A stretch of 64,000 nt of DNA from positions 864,001 through 928,000 of the forward strand of contig CAVYGN010000002.1 of the NCBI GenBank assembly GCA_963768055.1, written 5' to 3'. Numbering within the stretch: position 1 is the stretch's first letter; every line of letters begins with the position of its first letter. The notes beneath the pieces were generated by a model. That model did not search any database and was not told where the DNA came from. It was given only the letters and a program-made list of their open reading frames with translations. Below, in pieces: positions 40,647-49,197 of this stretch. The translations under genes were made by a program, and so were the position numbers. This DNA comes from an uncultured Spirochaetota bacterium (GTDB lineage Bacteria; Spirochaetota; Brevinematia; Brevinematales; JAOACQ01).

Positions 40647-41342
40647 TCAAAACATTTCCTTGAATTTCTTTGCAAGTTCAGGGCCGGTCCCTTCATCCTC
40701 ATGCTTAAAAAAGACAAATGCCTTTTCCCAATCCTGGGCCTTGATGGCCTTTGCCCAAGACAAGAGATCAGGGTCTGAATATTTTTCGCGCCTCAGCCTG
40801 AGGTAACCCCAGTCCGCCGTTCTTATTATTTTCGGCGTTTCTTTTTCATCCATATCGCTGAAGCAGAATATAAAGTTCCTTTCCTTTAAAAGCCCGGCCG
40901 TATCGCCGTCATACCATGATTCGTCCCTGAACTCGAAGACAGCGGGAAGGCCCTCAGGCAGTATTTTCAGGAAATTAGAAAGACGTTCGATGTTTTTCTT
41001 AAACCAGGGCGGGAACTGGAAGAGTATAGCGCCAAGCTTTTTTTCCAATGCCTTCAGGTTTTCTAAAAGATAATTGGTCTCCTCTTCAGCGTTTGAAAGG
41101 AGTTTCCTGTGGGTTATTTTCTGAGATGCCTTTATGCTGAATAGAAAATGTTCAGGCGTCTCGGTTTTCCAGTGCAGAAGAAGCTCTCTTTTCGGCAGCC
41201 TGTAAAAAGTATTGTTTATTTCAACTATTCCAAGATTTTCCGCATAAAACTTGAGCATTTCTTCAGGCTTTATTTTTTCAGGGTAAAAATTTCCTATCCA
41301 TTCCTTGTAGCTGAACCCGCTTGTCCCGGTATATAATTTCAT
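40647..41342 (-). CDS. DUF72 family protein
   Basis: GTSGFSYKEW, VEINNTFY, LFQFPP, FEFR..SW. Confidence 0.9.
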   Translation of the reverse strand: MKLYTGTSGFSYKEWIGNFYPEKIKPEEMLKFYAENLGIVEINNTFYRLPKRELLLHWKTETPEHFLFSIKASQKITHRKLLSNAEEETNYLLENLKALEKKLGAILFQFPPWFKKNIERLSNFLKILPEGLPAVFEFRDESWYDGDTAGLLKERNFIFCFSDMDEKETPKIIRTADWGYLRLRREKYSDPDLLSWAKAIKAQDWEKAFVFFKHEDEGTGPELAKKFKEMF

Positions 41343-41662
41343 AATTGCCCCCCTTAGTGATAGTTGTCAGGCATATTCTATATTTTAAATTTAGCCTTTT
41401 GGATGGTATAAATCAAATTATTGAAACTATCTGAAGGATTTTTGCAGGGAGAAATGGAGGCACAGAGAGTTTAGAAGAAAAATTCATTAATTTATGATTC
41501 TATTCATATTGGAAAGCTGTAAATGGTTTAAAGGAATGGAATAATACAAATTAAGATTATTTTATAAAAAATCTCCGTGATTCTGTGCCTCCGTGTAAAT
41601 TTGGTCCTAATCGATTCTTGCCATATTATTTTTGAAATATTAAAATTATTTAAAAAGGCTAT

Positions 41663-42472
41663 GTGGGTAAAATGCCGAAATTTAAAACCAAGTTCCCGGT
41701 AATGCTTATTCATGGCGCTGCCTTCCGGGACGATATTAAATTGTTTAATTATTGGGGAAGAATTCCCAGGGCGCTTCAAGTCCTGGGGGGCGACATATAT
41801 TACAGCGGCCAGGACGCCTGGGGTTCGATCGAGGCTAATGCCGAAACAATTAAAAAGAATGTCCTGGAAGTCCTTTCAAGGACAGGATCGGAAAAGATAA
41901 ATCTTATCGCGCATTCAAAGGGCGGCCTGGAAGCCCGTTATATGATATCGAGCCTGGAAATGGGCGTTCATGTAGCTTCTTTGACCACCATCTCAACCCC
42001 TCACCATGGTTCGAAATTGATAGATCTGGTTTACAACCTGCCTGCATTTTTATTTAAATTTATCTCTTTTATTGTAAATCTTTTTTTTAAAATATTGGGT
42101 GATAAAAACCCGGACTTTTATACCGCCTGCAGGCAGCTTTCGAGCATATACAGCAGGGAATTTAATAAAAAAAATAAAGACGATCCGGGTGTGTTTTATC
42201 AAAGTTATGCCGCAAGGATGAAAAATCCCTTCAGCGATATTTTATATTTTTTACCCTATTTAGCGGTTAAAATAGCCGAGGGAGATAATGACGGACTTGT
42301 CGCTGTGGCATCAGCCCGGCATGGTGAATATAAGGGAATTATCGAAGGAAAGGGGATAAGAGGCGTATCGCATGCCGATGTGATAGACCTGCGGAGGCTG
42401 AATAACCGAAGCTTTAATATTCTTCAGCTGTATACAAAAATCTTTGAAGACCTGAGTGAAAGAGGGTTTTAG
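41663..42472 (+). CDS. Triacylglycerol lipase-like alpha/beta hydrolase
   Basis: LIHG, AHSKGG, TPHHGS, NDG; start 41663 or 41672. Confidence 0.87.
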   Translation: MGKMPKFKTKFPVMLIHGAAFRDDIKLFNYWGRIPRALQVLGGDIYYSGQDAWGSIEANAETIKKNVLEVLSRTGSEKINLIAHSKGGLEARYMISSLEMGVHVASLTTISTPHHGSKLIDLVYNLPAFLFKFISFIVNLFFKILGDKNPDFYTACRQLSSIYSREFNKKNKDDPGVFYQSYAARMKNPFSDILYFLPYLAVKIAEGDNDGLVAVASARHGEYKGIIEGKGIRGVSHADVIDLRRLNNRSFNILQLYTKIFEDLSERGF

Positions 42473-42609
42473 GAACCGCGAACGGGATTTACGTTGGAGA
42501 CGGAGGCACGTAGGTCATTTACCTGTAAATTCTCTTTCTAACCAATTTTGATAAATCTATTATGCCGGTTTAAAATATTAGAAAAATACCTGTTTTCAGG
42601 AGGTTCGAA

Positions 42610-42888
42610 ATGTTTATTTTAAAAGAGATCGATGAATTGTATGAAAAATTCGCCGGTAATGTTTATAAGCCTGGAAAACTTGACGGTAAAACAAAACAAT
42701 TAATCGCACTGTCGGATTCCGTAATGGCCGATTGCCTTCCATGCATCGAATATCACTATAAAATGGCAGTAAAAGCGGGCGCTTCAAAGGAAGAGATTGC
42801 AGAATCCCTTGCAATTGCAATGTCGGTAAGCGCAGGGAGCAAAAAAGCCAAATATTCGGCCGTAATCGATAAGCTGGAAAAGCAATAG
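42610..42888 (+). CDS. AhpD-like CMD family protein
   Basis: LDGKTKQLIAL, CLPCIEYH. Confidence 0.82.
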   Translation: MFILKEIDELYEKFAGNVYKPGKLDGKTKQLIALSDSVMADCLPCIEYHYKMAVKAGASKEEIAESLAIAMSVSAGSKKAKYSAVIDKLEKQ

Positions 42889-42998
42889 ACAATGATGCTA
42901 TCCATCCCTCCATGACTTCCTCTGATTTTCTGTTCCCTTGAGTGAAACTTATATTGCCTAACCTATAATATCTGATTATCTTTGCACTGGAGTTATCG

Positions 42999-43421
42999 AT
43001 GAAAAAATGGGAGCATTTTTCCCATATGGCGGATATCGGCATCCGGGGATCGGGCGCGACCGAAACGGAGGCCTTCGAAATGGCTGCGGTGGCTCTTGTG
43101 GCCGTGATCACTGATCCGTCAAAAGTCAGAAATACTGAGAAAGTGCATATAACCTGCCGGGCGCCTGATATTGAATACCTGTTTTACGATTGGATCAATG
43201 CGCTTATCTATGAAATAGAAGTCAGGAAAATGCTTTTCGGTTCATTTGAAATAACCATTGCTAAGAACGGGGAATTAGTTCTTGAAGCCGGGGTTTTCGG
43301 GGAAAATATCGACAGGGAGAGACACAAACCTGCGGTCCTGGTCAAAGGAGCCACTTTGACGGAACTCCGGGTTGAAAAAAGACTCTCTGTATGGACGGCA
43401 CAATGCGTAGTCGATGTATGA
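42999..43421 (+). CDS. Archease
   Basis: HMADIGI, VKGAT, C-terminal VVDV. Confidence 0.9.
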   Translation: MKKWEHFSHMADIGIRGSGATETEAFEMAAVALVAVITDPSKVRNTEKVHITCRAPDIEYLFYDWINALIYEIEVRKMLFGSFEITIAKNGELVLEAGVFGENIDRERHKPAVLVKGATLTELRVEKRLSVWTAQCVVDV

Positions 43422-43441
43422 ACGGTTAGGGGGATGGGTTT

Positions 43442-44875
43442 ATGGAATTAAAAAAACTTGAAAAAAAAAGCGATTTTGAATGGGTGATAAATCCCCATGA
43501 AAATATGCGCGTTCCCGCCGTTATCTTCGCTTCCCGCAGGCTTATCGAAGGGATGGACGAAAAGGTGTACCAGCAGATCACCAACGTCGCAGGCCTTCCG
43601 GGTATTGTCAGGGCTGCATATGCAATGCCGGATGCTCACTGGGGCTATGGTTTCCCCATAGGCGGAGTGGCTGCCTTCGACCCTTCTTCGGGCGGTGTGG
43701 TTTCCGCCGGCGGAGTTGGGTTTGATATTTCATGCGGGGTAAGGATGATAAGGCTCGGAGGCTTGAAAGTATCCGATCTTGGCCCTGTCAGGGAAAAACT
43801 TGCAGACAATCTTTATAAACGTATTCCTGCAGGAATGGGAAGCGAAAGCGGAATAAGGCTTGACAATAAGGAAATGGACAGGATGCTTTCCGGCGGCGCC
43901 GCATGGGCGGTAGAAAGAGGTTATGGCATACCGGAAGATCTCGACAGGATAGAGGAACATGGAAAGATCGGGGGATCCATGCCGGGGGAGGTTTCCGCTA
44001 AATCAAAGGAGAGGCTCAGGGAAGAGATCGGCTCACTGGGTTCCGGGAACCATTACTTGGAGGTCCAGAAGGTGGCAGAGGTTTATGATGAAAAGGCCCT
44101 GAAAGGATACGGGCTTGAAAACGGCGACCTGGTAATAAGCATTCATTGCGGTTCAAGAGGGCTTGGCCACCAGATAGGCACCGACTTTCTGCGCTCCATG
44201 TCCCTTGAGGCCGGAAATTTCGGATTAAAACTTACTGACAGGGAACTTGCCTGCGCCCCGATCGATTCCGATCTTGGGCGTTCCTACATTGGGGCGATGC
44301 GTGCGGGGATCAATTGCGCCCTGGCAAACCGGCAGGTACTGACTCATTTTACCCGGGGTGTGCTGGCGGAACTTTTTCCCGGCCTGTCGGCAGGCCTCAT
44401 TTACGATGTATCTCATAATACATGCAAGGAAGAAGAACATATAATAGACGGGAAAAAGAAGAAGCTCTTCGTTCACAGGAAGGGAGCGACAAGGGCTTTC
44501 GGCCCGGGATATAAAGAACTCACCGGAGAACTTTCGGAAATCGGCCAGCCGGTTCTTATCGGGGGCAGTATGGGCACCTCTTCATACCTGTTATCTGGTA
44601 CGGCGGAAAGTGAGGATAGGGCTTTCAGTTCTTCATGCCATGGGGCTGGAAGGGCCATGAGCCGTCATCAGGCTTTAAAGAACTGGAGGGGTTCAGATAT
44701 TGTCAACGATCTTGACAAAAAGGGGATCCTGATAAGGAGCGCCTCTTACCGCGGCATAGCGGAAGAAGCACCTCTCGCCTACAAGGATGTGAATATAGTC
44801 GTAGAAGACGCCCACAGGGCGGGACTTTCAAAAAAGGTGGCCAGGCTCCTGCCTCTAATCTGCATTAAGCATTAA
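43442..44875 (+). CDS. rtcB: RNA ligase RtcB
   Basis: MPDAHWGYGFPIG, DISCG, GSGNHYLE, HCGSRG, HRKGAT, HGAGR. Confidence 0.95.
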   Translation: MELKKLEKKSDFEWVINPHENMRVPAVIFASRRLIEGMDEKVYQQITNVAGLPGIVRAAYAMPDAHWGYGFPIGGVAAFDPSSGGVVSAGGVGFDISCGVRMIRLGGLKVSDLGPVREKLADNLYKRIPAGMGSESGIRLDNKEMDRMLSGGAAWAVERGYGIPEDLDRIEEHGKIGGSMPGEVSAKSKERLREEIGSLGSGNHYLEVQKVAEVYDEKALKGYGLENGDLVISIHCGSRGLGHQIGTDFLRSMSLEAGNFGLKLTDRELACAPIDSDLGRSYIGAMRAGINCALANRQVLTHFTRGVLAELFPGLSAGLIYDVSHNTCKEEEHIIDGKKKKLFVHRKGATRAFGPGYKELTGELSEIGQPVLIGGSMGTSSYLLSGTAESEDRAFSSSCHGAGRAMSRHQALKNWRGSDIVNDLDKKGILIRSASYRGIAEEAPLAYKDVNIVVEDAHRAGLSKKVARLLPLICIKH

Positions 44876-44899
44876 GGGATGAACGCGATAGAGTTGTCC

Positions 44900-45286
44900 T
44901 CAATCTTTCGTATAATTCGTGGCACCCGTAGTTCCTAAATAATAGATTGTAAGCGTATTTTCATCGGCGCTTATCGTGTAGTAATAAGGGGTTGAACTGC
45001 CTCCGGCTGGATAGAGGGTCAGGGTCCCTGACGTATTATCCACGGCATACGAGCCCGTGATATAGGCGGTCAGGCCGTTCTTGAAAGTGTAAGAGCTGTC
45101 GAAAGTGAAGTTATATGTTTCGTTCAGGCTATCGACCCATGTACCGATCAGTCTTGTATCCGTGCTTGAATCCGTGGAATTATCTGACGGCCCGTAAAGT
45201 CCGCACCCGGTGACTGTAAAAAGAATTAATAACTGTACAAGCACCGCTAAAAAAATCGCCTTAGATAAAACAGGCTTTTTATTCAT
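44900..45286 (-). CDS. Small Thr/Ser-rich lipoprotein
   Basis: Lipobox VTGC, LIGTW lipocalin-like start. Confidence 0.6.
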   Translation of the reverse strand: MNKKPVLSKAIFLAVLVQLLILFTVTGCGLYGPSDNSTDSSTDTRLIGTWVDSLNETYNFTFDSSYTFKNGLTAYITGSYAVDNTSGTLTLYPAGGSSTPYYYTISADENTLTIYYLGTTGATNYTKD

Positions 45287-45361
45287 AAAAACAACTCTAT
45301 ATTTATTATATTATTTATCGGCAGTATCGGCAAACAAATGACGGATCAAGTTTAAAACCCT

Positions 45362-46342
45362 TCAGTGATTCAAATACGCCGCGATTATTCTATCCATAGC
45401 CCTGTTCGTTTCTTCGATTACGATCTTTCTCGAAGGGTCCTCGTCGAACCACCCGAGTGTCCGCCTGATCCCTTCGGAGTAGGGTATCACAGCCTTATAA
45501 CCGGGGACAAAGGTTTTTATTTTAGTGTTATCGAAGATCACGCTTTCCGATTTATCCCCGAGGAGGTTCCCGGTATAAGACGGGTCGGCTGAACATATGA
45601 AATCCGAGGGGATATGGACGATTTCAGCCTTTCTGCCCAGGGCGTCCGCGAGTACTGTATAGATCTGGTCCCAGGTCAATATCTCGTCCGACGTTATATG
45701 AAAGGCATGACCGATGGCATGGATATTTCCGATAAGGCCTGTAAAACCTGTTGCGAAATCCTCGGAATGCGTCACGGTCCATAACGATTTTCCGTCTCCA
45801 TGGACTATGATCTTTCTCCCGGAAAGAATCCTTTCCGCAATAGTATATTCTTTAAATCCCCCTATGGCTACAGGGATAACTGTTTCATAAGTAAGGGACG
45901 GCCGGACTATTGTGATAGGAAAATTCTCAATCCGGTAAGCGCCAAGCAGTTTCTCTTCGCAAATGATTTTATTCCTGGAATAATCCCAGTATGGATTGGA
46001 CAACGGGGTGGATTCCGTTATTACGGGCATCGACAGCGGTTTCTGATAAGCCGAGGCCGAACTTATAAAAATATACTGAGAGGTTTTTCCTTTGAAAAGG
46101 GATATGTCCCTCTCGATGTCCCCGCCTGTGAATGCCACCCAGTTTGCCACCGCGTCCCATTCCATCTTCAGAATTTCATCAGGGATGCCTTCGTTAATAT
46201 CGCCCCTGTGAGTAATAACGCCCGGAATCACGGTTTTGTTTATACCCCTGTTAAGGTGATGGAGTTCAAACCCTCTGGAAATGCAGAGCCTGCTGACCGC
46301 GGAGCTTATATTTCCAGTGCCTCCTATAAATAATACCTTCAT
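45362..46342 (-). CDS. NAD-dependent epimerase/dehydratase family (atypical SDR)
   Basis: GGTGNIS, YIFISSAS, YSRNK. Confidence 0.85.
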   Translation of the reverse strand: MKVLFIGGTGNISSAVSRLCISRGFELHHLNRGINKTVIPGVITHRGDINEGIPDEILKMEWDAVANWVAFTGGDIERDISLFKGKTSQYIFISSASAYQKPLSMPVITESTPLSNPYWDYSRNKIICEEKLLGAYRIENFPITIVRPSLTYETVIPVAIGGFKEYTIAERILSGRKIIVHGDGKSLWTVTHSEDFATGFTGLIGNIHAIGHAFHITSDEILTWDQIYTVLADALGRKAEIVHIPSDFICSADPSYTGNLLGDKSESVIFDNTKIKTFVPGYKAVIPYSEGIRRTLGWFDEDPSRKIVIEETNRAMDRIIAAYLNH

Positions 46343-46346
46343 GGCC

Positions 46347-46853
46347 CTACCCCTTCCTCTTCTGCGAGGTTTTTACATCTAGAGTCGATTTGAAATCCTG
46401 AAGGTCCCGGATCGAACCGAAATAACTGTGAGGAAGCAGGAGCGCAAGCGATTTACCCGTATATATAAGCATGTAGGTCTTAAAATACGACACCCGCCTT
46501 ATCTCAGCCCACTTAACCAGGTATTCCTCTTTTTCACTCTTCATATTGATGCCCTCTTCAGTCGTTTCATATACCTGTTCGGCCTTCATGGCTTCGCTTG
46601 AGTTGAATAGAGACCTGATCCTGAAAAAAAAGGACGCGAATAGAACTGAGGTGGCGATAATGGCGATAAGAAGCGCTACGATTATATTGGCTGTAAATGG
46701 AGGTATATTGAACTTCTCTCCCAGTGACGAACCGAATTTAAGAGCGAAACACCCCGCCGCGAGTATGACGAACATGATGCTGTATCGCGGGATAGCGAAA
46801 TTCATCTGGTAATTTTTGTAATCCTCGAAAGAGAGCTTGCCTCTTATAATCAT
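46347..46853 (-). CDS. YcxB-like membrane protein
   Basis: Two TM helices then YcxB-like tail (W..I...LLLP..F); RBS GGAGG before MIIRGK. Confidence 0.6.
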   Translation of the reverse strand: MIIRGKLSFEDYKNYQMNFAIPRYSIMFVILAAGCFALKFGSSLGEKFNIPPFTANIIVALLIAIIATSVLFASFFFRIRSLFNSSEAMKAEQVYETTEEGINMKSEKEEYLVKWAEIRRVSYFKTYMLIYTGKSLALLLPHSYFGSIRDLQDFKSTLDVKTSQKRKG

Positions 46854-46984
46854 AAAAAACCTCCGATAAACAACAAAAATGACAGTGGTTCCGATCATTT
46901 CTGAAAAATATTATAAAAGTGTTCTCTCAAATTCTCAAGGAACCCACAAGGCATGCCAGTATGGCAGGCAATATGGCAGGCACA

Positions 46985-47013
46985 TTGACATACCAGCCTC
47001 CGCGCTTTAAAAT
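46985..47013 (+). promoter_or_regulatory. Sigma70-type promoter of mtaB
   Basis: TTGACA-17 nt-TAAAAT. Confidence 0.6.
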
Positions 47014-47030
47014 ACTCTGTTAAAATATTC

Positions 47031-48317
47031 ATGGAGAATAAATTGAAGGTTTATGTAGCGACGATCGGGTGTAAGCTTAATCAGTTCGAATCCGAAGCTC
47101 TTGAGCAGAATTTGAGGTCAAGGGGCATTGCAATGGTTGACAGCCTTGAAGATGCCGATTATATTATAGTTAATACATGTTCTGTGACTAACCGGGCTGA
47201 TGTGAAATCGATACGTATCATGAAAAGGGCTAAAAAACTAGGTAAAAAGGTAATTGCAACGGGTTGCTATAGTACGACTGATTATGATAAAGTAAAAGAA
47301 GCAGGAATTGCAGATATAATTGTTAAAAACGCGGATAAATACTCCATACCTGAAATGATTGAAAATGAAGATCACCCCGGGGATTATTTTCCAGACCCGG
47401 CCGGCAGAAATGAGTTTCCAATCGTCAGGCACTTTAACAGGACAAGGGCCTTTATCAAAATCCAGGACGGATGCGATAAATCCTGCGCATACTGTAAAAT
47501 CCCGGCGGCGAGAGGCAGAAGCAGGAGTATACCCGATGAAATGGCGGTAAATTATGTAAAAGACCTGCTCTTATATGGATACAGGGAGATTGTCCTGACC
47601 GGTGTAAATATCAGCGATTACCGCTTCGGGGATAAATCCCTCTATGACTTATTGAGGTCGATACTTACCTTAAAAGGGGATTTCCGGCTGAGACTTTCTT
47701 CTCTGCAGCCTGATGAATTCGATCCGAGAATTATCGATCTGCTTGATACGGGAAAACTTGCCTCTCACTTCCATCTTTCCCTTCAGAGCGGATCGAGCGG
47801 TGTTCTGAAGAGGATGGGAAGATTTTATTCCCCCGGTTTCTACCTCGGCCTTGTTGAAAAGATCAGGCTTAAACATGAAAGCTGCGGACTTACAACGGAC
47901 ATTATTGCCGGTTTTCCCGGAGAAACGGATGAAGAATTCGGAGAAACATTAAGCCTGGTCGGGAAAGCTGAATTTACAAGGGCTCATGTATTTCCATACT
48001 CGCCGAGGCCGCACACAAGGTCTTTCATCATGAAAGACCTTCCGGATAAAATAAAGAAAGAAAGAGTATCGTTACTTGAAGAAACAGTCTATAGGCATGC
48101 TGCGAGTTTCGCGGAAAGGACGGTCCTTGGCCGGCCCTGCAAAGCTCTTCTTGAGCAGGAGGAGGGCGGAAAATGGACCGGTTATACCTCGAATTATATC
48201 AGGATAAGGACGGGTAAGGCAGGAAGCCCGAACACAATGGCCGACCTGGTTCCCTCGTCTTTATACAGGAACGGACAGCATCTCGAACTTGACGATGGTT
48301 ATTATAATGGGAGATAA
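47031..48317 (+). CDS. mtaB: tRNA t6A37 methylthiotransferase
   Basis: GCKLNQFES, NTCSVT, IKIQDGCDKSCAYC, HLSLQSG. Confidence 0.88.
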   Translation: MENKLKVYVATIGCKLNQFESEALEQNLRSRGIAMVDSLEDADYIIVNTCSVTNRADVKSIRIMKRAKKLGKKVIATGCYSTTDYDKVKEAGIADIIVKNADKYSIPEMIENEDHPGDYFPDPAGRNEFPIVRHFNRTRAFIKIQDGCDKSCAYCKIPAARGRSRSIPDEMAVNYVKDLLLYGYREIVLTGVNISDYRFGDKSLYDLLRSILTLKGDFRLRLSSLQPDEFDPRIIDLLDTGKLASHFHLSLQSGSSGVLKRMGRFYSPGFYLGLVEKIRLKHESCGLTTDIIAGFPGETDEEFGETLSLVGKAEFTRAHVFPYSPRPHTRSFIMKDLPDKIKKERVSLLEETVYRHAASFAERTVLGRPCKALLEQEEGGKWTGYTSNYIRIRTGKAGSPNTMADLVPSSLYRNGQHLELDDGYYNGR

Positions 48318-48321
48318 ATTA

Positions 48322-49191
48322 ATGAATATAATAGCCGTGATAAATGGGGAACAAATAACCCGGGAAATGCTTGAGAGAGCAGTCGGGCGTTATATAGTTC
48401 AGCTTAAGGAAGATGAAGAAATTGATTTCAAACCGACACGGGAGAATTACAAATTCATTAAGACTGAAGTCCTTAATTTCCTAATGGAAAGGATACTGTT
48501 ATTGAGACGGGCGGAGAAGGAAGGCGTCATTATTTCAGAAAAAGCGGTGAAGGAAAGAGTAAAGGAGCTCCGTAATAATTTCCAGACGGCGAAGGGATGG
48601 GAAGACAACCTGGCGGCGCTGAAGATCGATGAAGAGGGACTTGCTTCGGAGGTTCAAAACGATTTGATTATTGAAAAATATCTTGACATTAAACTTGGCG
48701 AATCAATGCAGTTCGGGGAAAAAGAACTAAGGGAATATTACATCGAGAACGAGGACATGTTGAAAGACCCCGACCTTTTTACATTCTACGAAGTTCACAC
48801 CGATTCAGCCAATGAGATCAAGGCGGTATACATTCTGCTGGAGAAATACGGGGGTATCAAAGAACTCGGCTTGGAATTGAAAAAAATAGGACTGGCGCCC
48901 CATAATCATAGCGATGTACCCGGAAATCAGCTTTCCGAGGAAATATTCAATGTGTTAAAAGATCTTGAACTCGGAAAGATCGCCGCCCTGGAGTCCCCTG
49001 AGGGCGGTATGACTGTTTTAAAACTGATTAAAAAAATACCGGGTGAAAAACCCGATTTTGATGTAATTAAAGAGAAACTGGTCGAATATCTCATGCACAA
49101 AGCGAGAAAAGAGAACCTCGATTGCGTTATAACAGAGGAAATAGAAAAAGCGAATATCGACTATATTGACATTACCTATCTGGAAAAATAA
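48322..49191 (+). CDS. SurA N-terminal/parvulin-like chaperone
   Basis: IIAVINGEQIT start, helical SurA-like body, degenerate PPIase; no signal peptide. Confidence 0.6.
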   Translation: MNIIAVINGEQITREMLERAVGRYIVQLKEDEEIDFKPTRENYKFIKTEVLNFLMERILLLRRAEKEGVIISEKAVKERVKELRNNFQTAKGWEDNLAALKIDEEGLASEVQNDLIIEKYLDIKLGESMQFGEKELREYYIENEDMLKDPDLFTFYEVHTDSANEIKAVYILLEKYGGIKELGLELKKIGLAPHNHSDVPGNQLSEEIFNVLKDLELGKIAALESPEGGMTVLKLIKKIPGEKPDFDVIKEKLVEYLMHKARKENLDCVITEEIEKANIDYIDITYLEK

Positions 49192-49197
49192 GGGACT

